From the human T2T-CHM13v2.0 reference genome, Homo sapiens, in assembly GCF_009914755.1 (NCBI RefSeq), contig NC_060935.1: a DNA stretch of 64,000 bases. One strand, written 5' to 3'. The notes under the pieces are model-generated. The model saw only the letters and a list, made by a program, of their open reading frames with translations, was not told where the DNA came from and did not search any database. Position 1 is the first letter of the stretch; each line of letters opens with the position of its first letter. Shown piece after piece: positions 1 through 18,470 of the stretch. Made by a program: the position numbers and the translations under genes.

Positions 1-577
<577 letters not shown>

Positions 578-680
578 CTATCTTATCAGGTCATTGTGAG
601 GATTAAATGAGATGATGCCTGTGAAGCATTTGGCACAATGGCTGGCACATAGTAAAATTCATTGAATGTTAGTCATTTTT
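578..680 (+). mobile_element. MIR fragment
   Basis: MIR core gtgaggattaaatgagatgatg...ggcacatagtaa. Confidence 0.7.
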
Positions 681-1292
681 AGGACAGTAAATTAATCAGC
701 ATTATTTTTATTTATTTATGAATGTCAGAAACCCAATTCAGTCCTTGTGTGGCTGGATCTGGGTGCTCAAATGAGGCTATGGAGGGCCTTTCCTTCTTTG
801 TCGCCCAGCTTTCTTCATTGTCTTTATCCTTAGGCACACTCTCCTAGAGAGGTGGCAAGAAAATCTCTCAGCAGATCTAGGGCTCCATTTGACCAGCTCA
901 TCATGCTTGATGGAAAAGGATCACCTCTTTCTCAGTAGCGTCAGCCAAAGTTCCAGGGCTGAATCTCATGGAAACAATCTGGAATATGAGCCTATCCCAG
1001 AACCAATCTCTGTGGCCAGGGGGATGCACTATCCTGAACTAGCAGGTAGGGTGGAGGGTGAACCACCTGAGCTGCAAGTGACGGAAGGGTGGCTCCCAAA
1101 AGAGAAGTCAGAATGTGAACCCTCAGATCTCAGATACCAAGTCTGCAAAAACACAAATATAGACCGTGACAATGTTGTGTGCCAGCTCCTAGTATGGTCT
1201 TTGGCACAGTGTAGAAGTTCAGTAAATGTTTGTTGAATAATCGTATGAATAATGCAAGAAAACATGTTAGGCACCAAGTAAAATGCTCATGT

Positions 1293-1621
<329 letters not shown>

Positions 1622-2184
1622 TCACTTCCCACTGCAAAGAAGATATTCCATTTTGCAGGTGTGGAAATTGAGGCTGACTGAGTTTAAGTGATCTAAGATG
1701 ACAGAACAAAAAGCAGTAGAGCTAGGATTCAAAGCCAGGTGGGTTTCATTGCAGTGCCTGTGTTATTTCTATTACACCATGCTGCCTTTGTCCACCAGAC
1801 TCACAGCCAGAGAAGAAAGTTTGAACACACACCACTGTTAGGTGCAAAAACAAAATGAGTTTGTTGATGAAGATGCTGATTTAGAGGAGGTAGTGGAGGA
1901 GACTGGAGAGAATAAACCTAAAGAGGATGTTGTAGGGAATTCACCCTGAGAAATTCAGATCCGCCTCTGGGACTGGAGAAGGAGGACATTCCAGGAGCTC
2001 CGAAAGAGCCCAGTAAGTGGGTGAATCAGGTGACCTAATCCACCAAAACAGCTGCTGTGTCTCCAAGAGGGAGGGGGACATCAAGTCTGTGAGGGTCACC
2101 CATGCGTCAATAGTTCATCAATTATTGATGGTTTTTCTTTTTTGATTGCTATGTAGTATTCCATTGTATAAATATGCCATAATT

Positions 2185-2297
2185 CTATTTTTTGAGATGG
2201 GGTCTCATTCTGTTGCCCAGGCTGGAATGCAGTGGCCTGAACTCCTGGGCTCAAGGGATCCTCCTGCCTCAGCCTCCCAAGTAACGGGGACTACAGG
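2185..2297 (-). mobile_element. Internally deleted Alu/FLAM within an old L1 fragment
   Basis: Alu motifs flanked by duplicated aaatatgccataatt. Confidence 0.7.
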
Positions 2298-3064
2298 AAA
2301 TATGCCATAATTATTTTCTCCATTCAGTTGTTGACGATATTTCGGTTGTTTCTAGTTTTTTGCTATTAGGAATAAGCCACTATGAACACTCTTGTGCATG
2401 TCCTTTGGTGGCCATAGCATGCATTTCTGTTGGATACACTCAGGAAAAAAATTGTTGGGTCATCCAGATGTCCCCCATTCATCGTTGGCTGTTCTTTGTC
2501 TTCTACCTCTCAAAGCCCCTCAGATAGTGCAGAACTCCTGCCTGTCTAGAGCTCTCTAAGCCTGGAGGCAGGGGGTTGGACAAGGTGATCCCCCGAGGCC
2601 TCTCAGCATTTCTCTGAAGGATTTAGCCATGCGTCTCTGGCCCCAGCTCCCGCCAGCATCACTGTTTGCTCACAAAAACGTTTCATGCGATTAGCCAAGT
2701 AATGACATCTTAAAACTGTAGAGCTAATATATTACGTAATAAAACACAGAAGCAAATCTCTTTGACACATACTGGTGATTTACTCCACCAGCCATAAAGA
2801 TAATTACATTTCAGGTTGATATATAAAAGGCGGCAGGCAGAGCTTATGAAAAATTAGCATAGCTTTGTGTTGGACCTCTCCATTCATGGGGACCAGTTCA
2901 TCATTCCTTCTGCAGTTAGCCAGCAAACATTGACTCAGCTGGGCTTTCCCAGTGACTGGTCACCGCTGCCACTGGAAGGCCCTGTTGGCAGCATGGAAAG
3001 GGCAGGTGAAGAGGGCCAGGTCTGAAGTGTAAGGCGTTCATTCCTACAGGCAGCTCTGTGACAT

Positions 3065-3610
3065 TGAAGCTGTCTTCACAGGGTTAACAAGAATTCTGAA
3101 CAGAAATATGGTTATGATTAAGCATTAATCAGGCCGCACTTTGACCAGCTTCCTTGTAACCAACAGTCATGGTAGGACTAGATAGATACTGGCCGTTTGC
3201 ATCCCCATGGTTCCTATAGATAGGATTTCTGATGTTAGAACCACAAGACTTTTGTTTAAGCTAGATAGGATCTCTGACATTAGAATCACAGGGCTCTCAT
3301 TTAAAAATTGCTTACAATGTCTTTCAGATCCCCAATTCCAGTAAGACAGCTTATGCCAACCAGTTTGAAGACCCCCAGAGAAGAACAGAATCAATATGAG
3401 AATACAGTTTCTTCACCTGCCTGTCTTATGGCTCCAACCTGCACTCTTTGACCAATCAACAATCTCCACACTTTGGCACACTCCAAAACCCTTAAAGACA
3501 CTATCCCCAAACTCCTCAGAGAGTCGGATTTGAGGTTTCCTCCTGTCTCCTTGTTTGGTGGCCCTACAATTAAACCTCTTTCTCTGCTGCAGTCTGGTGT
3601 CTTGGGCATA
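3065..3610 (+). mobile_element. ERV1-class LTR (family uncertain)
   Basis: LTR-like internal repeats and an ATTAAA polyA region near 3570. Confidence 0.6.
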
Positions 3611-3611
3611 T

Positions 3612-4700
<1,089 letters not shown>

Positions 4701-4976
4701 TGGTGACTTGCTGAATGCATCAGGCCATGGACCTATTGCAGTTACAACACTGTAGAAGAAGCATCTGGCCTGGGAGACAGGGTGCCTTGTCTCTGGGCCT
4801 GATTAGCCACCACCAGCCTTAAGCAACTCACCACCTCCCTTGGAGTCAACATACATGCTGGGAGCAAGAGGCTCCCAACTCCTCGCTGATCACCCAGGAG
4901 AGGTTTACAGTAAATGCTCTGAACTTCCAGGACCAATTTTCCAAAGCAAAAGTCAGGTCTCTCAGTCTGACAAGTT

Positions 4977-5161
4977 GTTTCTTCTTCTTCCTTCTTCCCT
5001 TCTCCTTCTCCTTCTTCTTCTCCTCCTCCTCCTCCTCCTCCTTCTTCCTCCTTCTCCTCTTCTTTCTCTTCTTCTTCCTCCTCCTCTTCCTCTTCTTTCT
5101 TTCTCTTCTTTCTTCCTCTTCCTTCTCCTTCTTCATCTCCTTCTCCTTCTCCTTCTTTTTT
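4977..5161 (+). repeat. (CTT/CCT)n pure polypyrimidine tract
   Basis: About 185 bp of only C and T. Confidence 0.95.
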
Positions 5162-5288
5162 AAATCAGGCAGGCTCCCAAGCCCGAGTAGGCACAGAGAG
5201 GTTACTGGCGCATTTCTAAGGATGAAGGGACAAGGAATTTGCAACTGAGCTGTCCTGGTGTCGTTGACCTCAAGGATTCTCTTCCCCA

Positions 5289-6253
<965 letters not shown>

Positions 6254-6406
6254 CCATGTTCTCTACTGCCCCACACCATGAGGCAAGGGCTCAGAGGGAG
6301 TTCAGTGAGAAAAGAATTTGGAAAAACGCTCAGGCATCAATATTCAAAGTCCTTGTTTAGAAATAGGAAACTAAGGAAGACAGGAGCCCCTGGGTCATCC
6401 AGATTC

Positions 6407-6971
6407 TGTAGAGGAGGAAAAATACCTTTTCCTTCCACCTTTCTTAGGTTCATTGGCTGGAACACCTGTAACAAAAGACAGATTAACAAGAGAAAAACAA
6501 ACAGAAGTTTATTAACCTCTATACCTCATGTACACATGGGAGATGCCCAGGGAAAAAGGAGTACATCTCAAGGAAGTGGTTTAGAATTCAGGCTGAAATA
6601 CCATCTTCAGCTGAAACGAAGAAAGAAGGGTATGAGGGAGGCCAGTTATGGGGAGGTGACCAGGAAAAGCACAGTAAACAAGGGTAAGGTTTGCTATGCA
6701 TATTAAAGTCAGTGCTTATCCATTGATAAGTCTCTAGTGATTTGGAGACATCCTTCTCTTCCTGGTACAGAGAGGGAGACATCCTTACAAAGGGAGATTT
6801 CCTTTGTAAATGTAAATTTCCCATATGAAAGGGTAACTTCTACTCTGTTTTCAGTTTCTCCTGTGTCTGCAGATTCTCAAAATAATTAACTCAAAATAAT
6901 CCTTATGCCAGAGAGGCATATGCTAGGGTGGTATATTCTGGTCCCCTACAGTCATATTTTGGTCTCCTACA
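6407..6971 (-). mobile_element. MER4-group LTR-like element; related copies at ~18625-19030 and ~30578-31105
   Basis: Shared motif cagattaaca(a/g)gagaaaa in all three copies. Confidence 0.55.
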
Positions 6972-7077
6972 ATTCACAGAGAAAACTAGTGTCAGAGACG
7001 AGACTAGAAGCCAGCACAAGATGTATAGAGCCAAAGATATGTTGCTGCCATTCTGGGTGAAGGAGCCCAGAATCTAA

Positions 7078-7410
<333 letters not shown>

Positions 7411-7872
7411 AACTGCAATCTTAAAGGAAACCCAGCCTCATGCTTCGTCTTTTCTCATGTTTCCCTGCCCCTCTTCTCTTGCTCAGGTGCTGGCAGCCTG
7501 TCTAGTGGAGGGTTGCTCTGGATGCAGCAAGGTTGGACAGGATGAGCTCTAGAGAGCCAGGGCTTTTGATCTTAGACCTGGGGAGAGGTGGGACCTGGGA
7601 GGTGAGCTGCAGGTAACCCAGTTGCAGTAGCCATTAGCCAGCTGTGAGCCCTCGGGAACTGGGAGTCAGGACTCCTGGGATCTGCCTCCTTTCTCTCTCC
7701 TCCCTGGTCTTCTGAGGCCAACTCATCTTTGGTTTTCCACTGGGAAATGTTTTCACCTCTCCAAACCTGGACAGAGCGCCTCCTCCTGGCTGAGTGGGGA
7801 TGTTCTCCAGAGAAACTTGGGACCTTGGGGAGCAACACTGCACACATGGGGTTCATCAAAAAGCCATTTGCA

Positions 7873-8253
<381 letters not shown>

Positions 8254-8419
8254 CTAGTTGGATGGTTGGAGGAGGACTCCAACTCAGAGCAGAGCAGCAC
8301 GCGGGGCCTAGAAGGCAGTATGGGAGCCACTTCTAGGTTCTGGAATGTGCAAACTCAGCCACGCACAAACCCTCAGCTTCCGGCCCAACCTCCTGCTGAG
8401 TTATTGAGGCAGATAATGG

Positions 8420-9560
8420 AAGAGGGGGGGCGCCTAGAAACCCCCAAGCCCCTCCTCCTGCCCATTGTGTCCTCCGATTCCCTCTTCCGCGGCTCCGCGC
8501 GGCGGAGCTCAGGGGCGCAGGCTCTTAGAGCTGCGGTGGGGCGGGGGCCGCGGGACGTCCGTTTGTTCTCCGCGGAGGAGGCGACGCGCCGCCAACGACC
8601 GCAGCTCCACGTCCTGGCGCTTCTGGGAGCCGCCCCAGCGGGAGCCAGGGAGAAAATGAATCGCCTTGAGTGACACAGGACATGGCAGATTGGATGTTTA
8701 ATTTGGGTATCTCTTTAGAACGCCCCCCACGCCCACCTCCTCTGCTCCCACTTAGCATCCAGCCGGCGAGAAAGCCCTGCTCCTCACAAATTGCCTTGTC
8801 GGCTCGGAGAAAAATGCCAGCGTGACTGATTGCTAGGTGGGTCCCTCCAAGTGCGCGGGAAGGAACCGGCACGACCGCACAATGCTCCTTCCTACAGAGA
8901 CGCGGCGTCGTGCCAGAGCCGGAGATTTGAGTCAGACACCGGGAAGGACTGCCCGTGGAGGAGGGCGGCTCGTGGGGCTGGGGGTTTGTTTAGGGGTCTC
9001 TCGGGTCCAGAGGGAGGGCCAGGCGACCCTGGCTGGGGTCTGGTGGCTGTGGGGGGCCTGCGGGGCCCAGAGGAAAAGGCCGGCACCCGGTCCGCGAGAG
9101 GGGGCACGTACGGGGCGCAGAGGCAGAACGCAGCCCGCAGCAGACGGACAGCCTTCCCCAGACTGCCTGGAGCTCGGAGCCCGGCGCCGAAACCTGCAGA
9201 TCACAACCTGTCAGTCGCGCTTTCCCGGCAGCCTCACCTGCCTCCAGATCTTTCCAAACAAGGAAAGGAGCTGCAAACATGGCAATCACCTTCCCGGCAG
9301 CGGCAGACAGCTGCCAGGGAGCAGCAGGCGACGAGCCAGCCCAGTCAGGGAGGCGGAGACGTGATCAGGCTGCGGCAGCCCCCTATACCGAGCTAGAGCT
9401 CGGGCGGACCCCGCCCCCCGCCGCAGGGACTTTGGTGGATGTCCAAGGTCACCCGCAGCTCGGCAGGGGTTCAGCACCGGAGCAGCCACCTGTTCAGGTG
9501 GCAGTTCTGGAAGGACCCCTCGGGGCTGGGGGAGGGTGGGACTAGGGCCGCACCCTGGCT
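8420..9560. promoter_or_regulatory. CpG island with GC boxes and no associated coding gene
   Basis: Very high GC and CpG density relative to CpG-depleted flanks; GGGGCGGGG at ~8538; repeat-free. Confidence 0.8.
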
Positions 9561-10357
9561 TTTGCTAACCATTTATGTGACTGGGGCAAGCGCCCTGGCC
9601 TTGGACTCTGACCACACCGCACAGGGCCTGGGGTCGCTTCCATGCAGCTCTCTCATTCTGATTCTGGAGATATCTTGGGAAGAGCTAAGAGTGGCTTTTA
9701 GGCCCTGAAGCTGGGTAGGGCCCAGAAACCACACTTTCTAGGCTGTGGAGTGGCCCTGATCCTCTCTTCATTGTCCAGATTATTGCTTGAAGCCAACTCA
9801 GTGGGGTGTTGAAGTGGCTAATCCAAGCTACTTGAGATGAAGAGGTGTTGGAGGTCTGACCCGGGATAAACCTGAGTGATCCCAGACTCAGGGCTCTCAA
9901 AAGGCTGGAATGAAGAACCTCCTTTGGAGGGTTAATATAGGAGAATTTAAGGGGTCCCCACCTTCCTTCCCATCAGCCTGCTTAATGTTACTACCCATGC
10001 CAAGGACAGCCCGATGGGTGCGCCAGCTTCCCTTAGAACTGACTGCCTTTTACTCCATGAACTGTTTGAGATTGTGTGGGTTCTTCTGAGTTCTTGAAAG
10101 TATAGGACAAACAGAAGGGAGGATGCTCTCAACATGAATGTGGATAATTTGCCCCCAGTGAAGCCGCAGTGTGGGTAATTCACCTGTACAAATCAAGAGA
10201 TGGATGCCTTTTCCATCTGGTCTCATTCAGATGTCTTCTCAAATCAGAAAATATCTACTCTTTAGCTCCCAGCCCAGGTGACACTTACTACTCCTTCACC
10301 AAGCCCACCTTCCCAGCTTCTTCACATACAGTAGCGGATGAATCGCCCCCCCCACCC

Positions 10358-10642
10358 ATGCCACACGGAACAGGGCCATCAAAGTGGCCCTAGGCCAAGG
10401 GGAGGTCTCTGCCCCCTTCCCCAGCCCTGGGCTACCCTTGGGTCCTGCTCCTCAGGCCACTCCCCTGTCCCTGGCCATGTGGGGAGGAGGCTGCCCTGGT
10501 CATGGCCGCCTGCCTGTCATTCCTGACTCACCACCATCCCCAGGTGTACCATTCCTGCCCTCTGCTCAGCTGCAATTGAAGGCTTTAACTTTGCACACTT
10601 TGGGATCACGGTTGTGTCATTGGAATAAATTAAGCAGGTCTC
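10358..10642 (+). pseudogene. Candidate 5'-truncated retrocopy of an unidentified mRNA 3' end
   Basis: AATAAA at 10624-10629 close to the 3' end; flanked by 17-bp direct repeats (10341-10357 and 10643-10659, 15/17 identical). Confidence 0.45.
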
Positions 10643-11095
10643 AACCGCCTCCCCCACCCCAGGAAAAAAAAAAGCCAGGGGGGGCCCTAGAATGAGAAAG
10701 CTGGAGGGAGCGGGCAGGAATCCACTTAAAACTATTCCTTAAGCTTAAAACATGGTGTAGGCGGGGAAAATATGATCAGATGGAAGTTAGGGTGGCAGAG
10801 AATGTCACCAAGTCATCTTGATCCATTGCAAGAAAGAGGCTGGGATCTGGGTGCCGAGGAAACCTTCACCAAGCTGTGTGAAGAAGACTCAGCCTTTCCT
10901 CAGTATCCTAGCTAGCTCTCCCTTCCCGTGCCACACCTTCTCTACTCTCTAAAGGGGCTTAACATCCTCATGCTCTCTGCTTCTTCACCAAGTTTTCAGC
11001 AAAGTATCTCTAATAGTCATTTACACCTGCATTAGAAGATAAGTTCCCGGGTGACAGCTTATGTAAATGTTCAGGTCAACTTTTCAGAAGGTATT

Positions 11096-12178
11096 TGCTA
11101 TGGTTTGAATGTGTCCCTCCCAAAAGCATGTGTTGGAGGCATAATTCCTATTGTAACCATATTAAGAGGCGAGCCTCTTAATACGGTGGTTCATCCTGTA
11201 ATTCCAGCTATTTAGGAGGCTGAGGTGGGAAAATCGCTTAAGGCCAGGAGTTTGAGACCAGCCTGGGCAACATAATGAGACCCCATCTCCAAAAAGTAAA
11301 AACATAAAAAATTAGCTGGGTGTTTGTAGTATGGCTATTAGCAGGTAGTTGGTGCCAGCTACTCGGGAGGCTGAGACTGAGGTGGGAAGATGGCTTGAGC
11401 CTAGAAGTTTGAGGCTGCAGTGAGTTATAATTGTGCCATTGTACCCCAGCCTGGGCAACAGAGTGAGACCTCGTCTCTAAAAAAACAGAAAAAGAGGCTG
11501 GGCATGGTGGCTCACACCGGTAATCTCAGCACTTTGGGAGGGTGAGATGGGCAGATCATGAGGTCAGGAGTTCGAGACCAGCCTGGCCAACATGGTGAAA
11601 CCCCACCTCTACTAAAAATACAAAAATTAGCTGGATGTGGTGATGTGTGCCTGTAATCCCAGCTACTTGGAAGGCTGAGGCAGAAGAATCACTTGAAACT
11701 GGGAGGCGGAGGTTGTAGTGAGCTAAAATCATGCCATTGCACTCCAGCTGGGGTGACAGAGCAAGACTCTGTCTCAAAAAAAAAAAAAAAAAAAAAAGAA
11801 AGAAAGAAAGAAAAAGAAAGAGGCAGGATCTTTAAGAGGTGGTTAGGCCATGAGGGGTCTGCCTTCATGAATGGATTAATGCCATTGGCCATTGTCTCAG
11901 GAATGGGTTCCTTATAAAAAGAGGTTAGCCCTTCTCTCTGTCTTCACCCTCTTCCTCCCCCCTCTCTCTCCCCCACCTCCTCTCTCTGTCTCTCCCGCTC
12001 TCTCTCGCTCACCCATGTGATGCCTTCTGCCATGCTATGGTGCAGCAAGGGCTTACCAGACGCCACCCCCTCAGTCTTGGACTTCCCAGCCTCCAGAACC
12101 ATAAGCCAGTAAATTTCTATTCACTATAAATTACCCAGTCTGAGGTATTCTGTGGGAGCAGCACAAAACAGACAAAGA
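11096..12178 (+). mobile_element. MST-type MaLR LTR interrupted by two Alus (~11180-11490 and 11496-11820)
   Basis: tgctatggtttgaatgtgtccc start; ataaattacccagtctgaggtattctg end; Alu consensus within. Confidence 0.8.
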
Positions 12179-12311
12179 TGATATTCATATTTAAATAATG
12201 TAAGACTTTTTATATCTAACTCTGGACTTTCTTCTCTGGTAAAAATAAGATCAATGTTGATAGCACTTGGTCTCAGAGCCCCTGACGTTAGCACTAAGTT
12301 ATAAGCACTTA

Positions 12312-12950
<639 letters not shown>

Positions 12951-14299
12951 TTAGAGAGTCAGGCCCAGAGATTCCTGAAAGGAGCTTTGTCAGTTCCCCC
13001 TTGTCCAGAAAGGACTGAGTAAGCCCACTCTTGGTCTTTTTCTGAATCAGCCTAAAAGTGGCCTCTCTTGGTTGGGGCAATTTTGGAGAGCAAATTGCAA
13101 GGGGCAGAAGCTTGGAAAGGGCTAAAAGTAAGGAAAGAGGGTATTGTTGCAGCCAATGCCAGCTGTTCCCCCTCCCAACCCAATGCTGTGGACTGCTGGC
13201 TAATGGGTGCACATGCTTTTTAGTCTCTGGCTCTTCTCTGCCATTCCCACCCCACAGCTGGAGTGTGCTTGGCAGAGGCACATAATTGGCTCTGTGCATT
13301 GGAGCCAGTGAGGCAAGAGCTACAGTGTGAGGGACAGAAGGGAGATGACAGGGAAAGAAGGATCCTGCACCTTTCTCTCTGCCTACCCACTGTGATTCCT
13401 TCTGCCTTCAGGTGGGTCACAGAATGGTGGAACGGAAAGCTCAAGAGATCTGCAGTCAGAAGACCTGAGATCTCTTCATTTGCTAGCTGTTACCTAATTT
13501 TGTTTAGCCTTATTTTTCCCATCTGTAAAACTGGGATATTGGTTAGGGTTACAGACAAACACAGGTTGGGAGGATGCTCTTTGGTGTGGGAAGGAACTTG
13601 ATAGTCTGTAGAGGGATGTGCAGATGTGAGTTGTTATTCCTACTCCTGTCTTGCAGGAAGTGGGATGCCTGGCCAGACACCTCAGCATCCATATCACTCA
13701 TCAAACCACCCCCACCCCTGCACATACAGGTGCATGTTCCATGGTAAACCAAAACAACAGCCTCAAAAACAACCAACAAAAACTGAAGTTGTGATATGTA
13801 TCCACGTGGGTTCCTCCCAATCCAACAAAAGTTAGACTTGGGCCTCTAGGACTCATTCCAGTGAGGACCCTCTGAGCACTCATGAAAGCTTTCATGGGAG
13901 TCTGCAGGAGGGAAGGAGGGTGGAGGAGGGGCAGGATCTCTTCAAAGGGCAAATTAATGCATGCCAAGCTAACACATGCCAAGCACCATTACTGAGCATC
14001 CCCTGAATGCCCATATTTGCTGGACATTTCACAGGAGCCAAGACAACTCTGATGGGTTTTACAGTCATTGGAGATGATAAGTAAACCTTCCTTCAAACAG
14101 AGAAATAATGGGAAATAATGGGAAACAGATTGCAGTACACACAATTGGAGAAGGAAGGAAGCTGTTTTCAGAGCCCTAGGCCCATCCCATCAAACAATGG
14201 TGCTCCAAGGGTAAATTGAGTTCTCTTTGGCTGGGCAGAGAGCATGAGGCCAAGAGGGAAAGATATTGGGGTGCCGAGCATCACAGCAGGCTCCCTTTC

Positions 14300-15145
14300 T
14301 GCCTTCCCACACCAGTCCCCTGACACCGACTGGATGTCACTCAATTCAATTCAATTCAATTCAATTCAATTCAATTCAATTCAATTCAATTCAATCCAAT
14401 TCAATTCTGACATCAGCTACCTGGCGTTAGCACAAATCCCACAGGTTAAGGGGCTTAGTCCCGCAAGACTGCCCACTTCAGGTACCAACTACAAGTCCTG
14501 GGTGTCCTCAAGCCACTCACACTTCTGCCTGCCCAGCTATAAATTCGGGGGTTCCTCTACACCCTCATTTTGGGTTGATAAAGAATGACTCAGAGAACTC
14601 ACTGGAAGCATTATATTTACAATTACCATTTTATTGTAAAAGATACAAATAAACAGCCTGATGAACATGCACACACAGCAAGGTCTGGAAGAGTCCCAAG
14701 CACAAAAGCTTCTGTTGGAGTCAGGGTGTGCCACCCTTCTGGTATGCCAATATTAGTATGTTTACCAACCAGGAAGTTCTCCAAGCCTTGTTGTTCAGAG
14801 TTTCTGTTGAGGTTTCATTATGTAAGCATGATTGATTTAATCATTGGCCATGTGACTGGACTCCATCTCCATCTTTTCCTGGAGGTGGAAGGGAGAGGGG
14901 AGGGGCTGAAAGTTCCAACTCTTTAATCCCTTGGTTGGTTTTCCTGAGAACCAGCCTCTGTTCTGAAACTGTCTAGGGGATCTGCTGTGAGTCATCTCAT
15001 TAGCATAAACTCAGGTGTGGCTGAAAAGGGCTCATTATGAATAACAAAAGACATTCCTGTCATTCAAACTTCTGAGGGTTTTTGAAGCTCTGTGCCAGGA
15101 ACCTGGGACAAAGACTAAATATATTATTTTTGACTTTATCCCACT
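14300..15145 (-). mobile_element. MER21-like LTR
   Basis: caattctgaca...cccacaggttaaggg signature. Confidence 0.7.
14341..14407 (+). repeat. (TCAAT)n pentanucleotide microsatellite, ~13 units
   Basis: Direct reading. Confidence 0.95.
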
Positions 15146-16009
15146 TTCCTACTCACAGAGAAGAAGGAAGAGAATGGGGGAGCATCCTGAGTGTTTCGTG
15201 ACTTCATTGTGGGAGGAGGCGCCGGAACTGTATGAGTGGTTGAAGGAAAGTATGAAGAAAACAGAATCACAGATCATCTTTACTTAACTGGAGGTCTATC
15301 CTACAGAAGAGGGAGCCTCTGCCAGGAGGAATTTGGACCAATGAGCGAAAGTAATGGGAAACCAGTTTTCAGCAGGAGCTGATAGGGTGGGCTGCCTTGA
15401 GAAGTAATAAGCTCCTAGAGAATATTTTAACAGAGCTGAATGCAAGTTCCATGTGAGCATCAACTCAGTCGGACTTGACTTCTGCTGTGTGCCTGGGGCC
15501 TGAATATTACCTGACAAACAGTAGATGCTTACTAAATATTTGGTAAATATTTGTTGAATGCACATTTGTGGAGGAGAAGGGAAGGTAGTTTAAATAACAT
15601 GAAAACCTAGGCCCAGTCATAAGTCTTTAGTATCCAGCCGTTGTGCTGGCTTTTGAGGCAAAAAACAAAAAAACAAAAAATTCTTCTTAAGAAGCTCACC
15701 ACAGTAAGTGCTGTAAGTGGGGAGATAGACATTTATGTCTAGAGCAAAGTTTAATAACAAACAAATCAGTTCCAGTTAAAGATGGCAAGTTGAACCCATT
15801 CATTAGTTTACACTCCCCAAAGCCCATGGAAATAACAGTAAAAGGATTTTATTAAAAGGCATAAGCCCATCAGTTCAAAGGTGGAATGCAGATGGAGACT
15901 TCCAGTAAAGATGGTGAATTGAATGCACACAATTCATCTTGCTCTTCTTGAAAACCCTAAAGTGACTATAAAGGGATTTTTTAAAAATCAGAAACCCATA
16001 AAGGTGGAG

Positions 16010-16881
<872 letters not shown>

Positions 16882-17108
16882 GAAATAATGGGAGAGAAGA
16901 CAACAGCAGCCCAAGTTTGGAAACTGTAAAGCAATGAATGAGTAAACTGAGTAGACTGGGAAAAGCTGAAGCCCAAACTGAAAGAGGGGAAAGCTAAAAA
17001 GCCAATTCCCACCCCCTTTCTCCAAAACCCCTCCAGAGTCTCAGGCATTGGTGACACTACTGTTGCTGGAAAGTAGAGTGAGGAAGGGAGTTAAATAAGG
17101 AGCTCTTG

Positions 17109-17412
<304 letters not shown>

Positions 17413-17752
17413 AGAGACTGGGTAATTTATAAAGAAAATAAATTTATTTTTTATAATTCTGGAGGTTGGGAAGTCCAAGAACATGGTGTCATCATCTGCT
17501 CAGTTTCTGCAAGGGCCTTCTTGCTGTGTCATAGCATGGTGGAGGGCATCACATGGCAAGAGGGCAGGAGCATACATGTCAGTTCAGGTCTCTTTTCCCT
17601 GATGGGACTGGTGGCTTTATAAGAAGGAGTTTCACTCTGATGATCTTACTTAATCCTAAGAATCTCCCAAAGGCCCCACCTCCAATTGACATATAAATTT
17701 GAAGACTGTTTCCAACACGTGAAACTTGGGGAACAGATTCAAACCATAGCAG
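17413..17752 (-). mobile_element. MST-type MaLR LTR
   Basis: gactgggtaatttataaagaaa...ttcaaaccatagca. Confidence 0.75.
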
Positions 17753-17753
17753 T

Positions 17754-18470
<717 letters not shown>

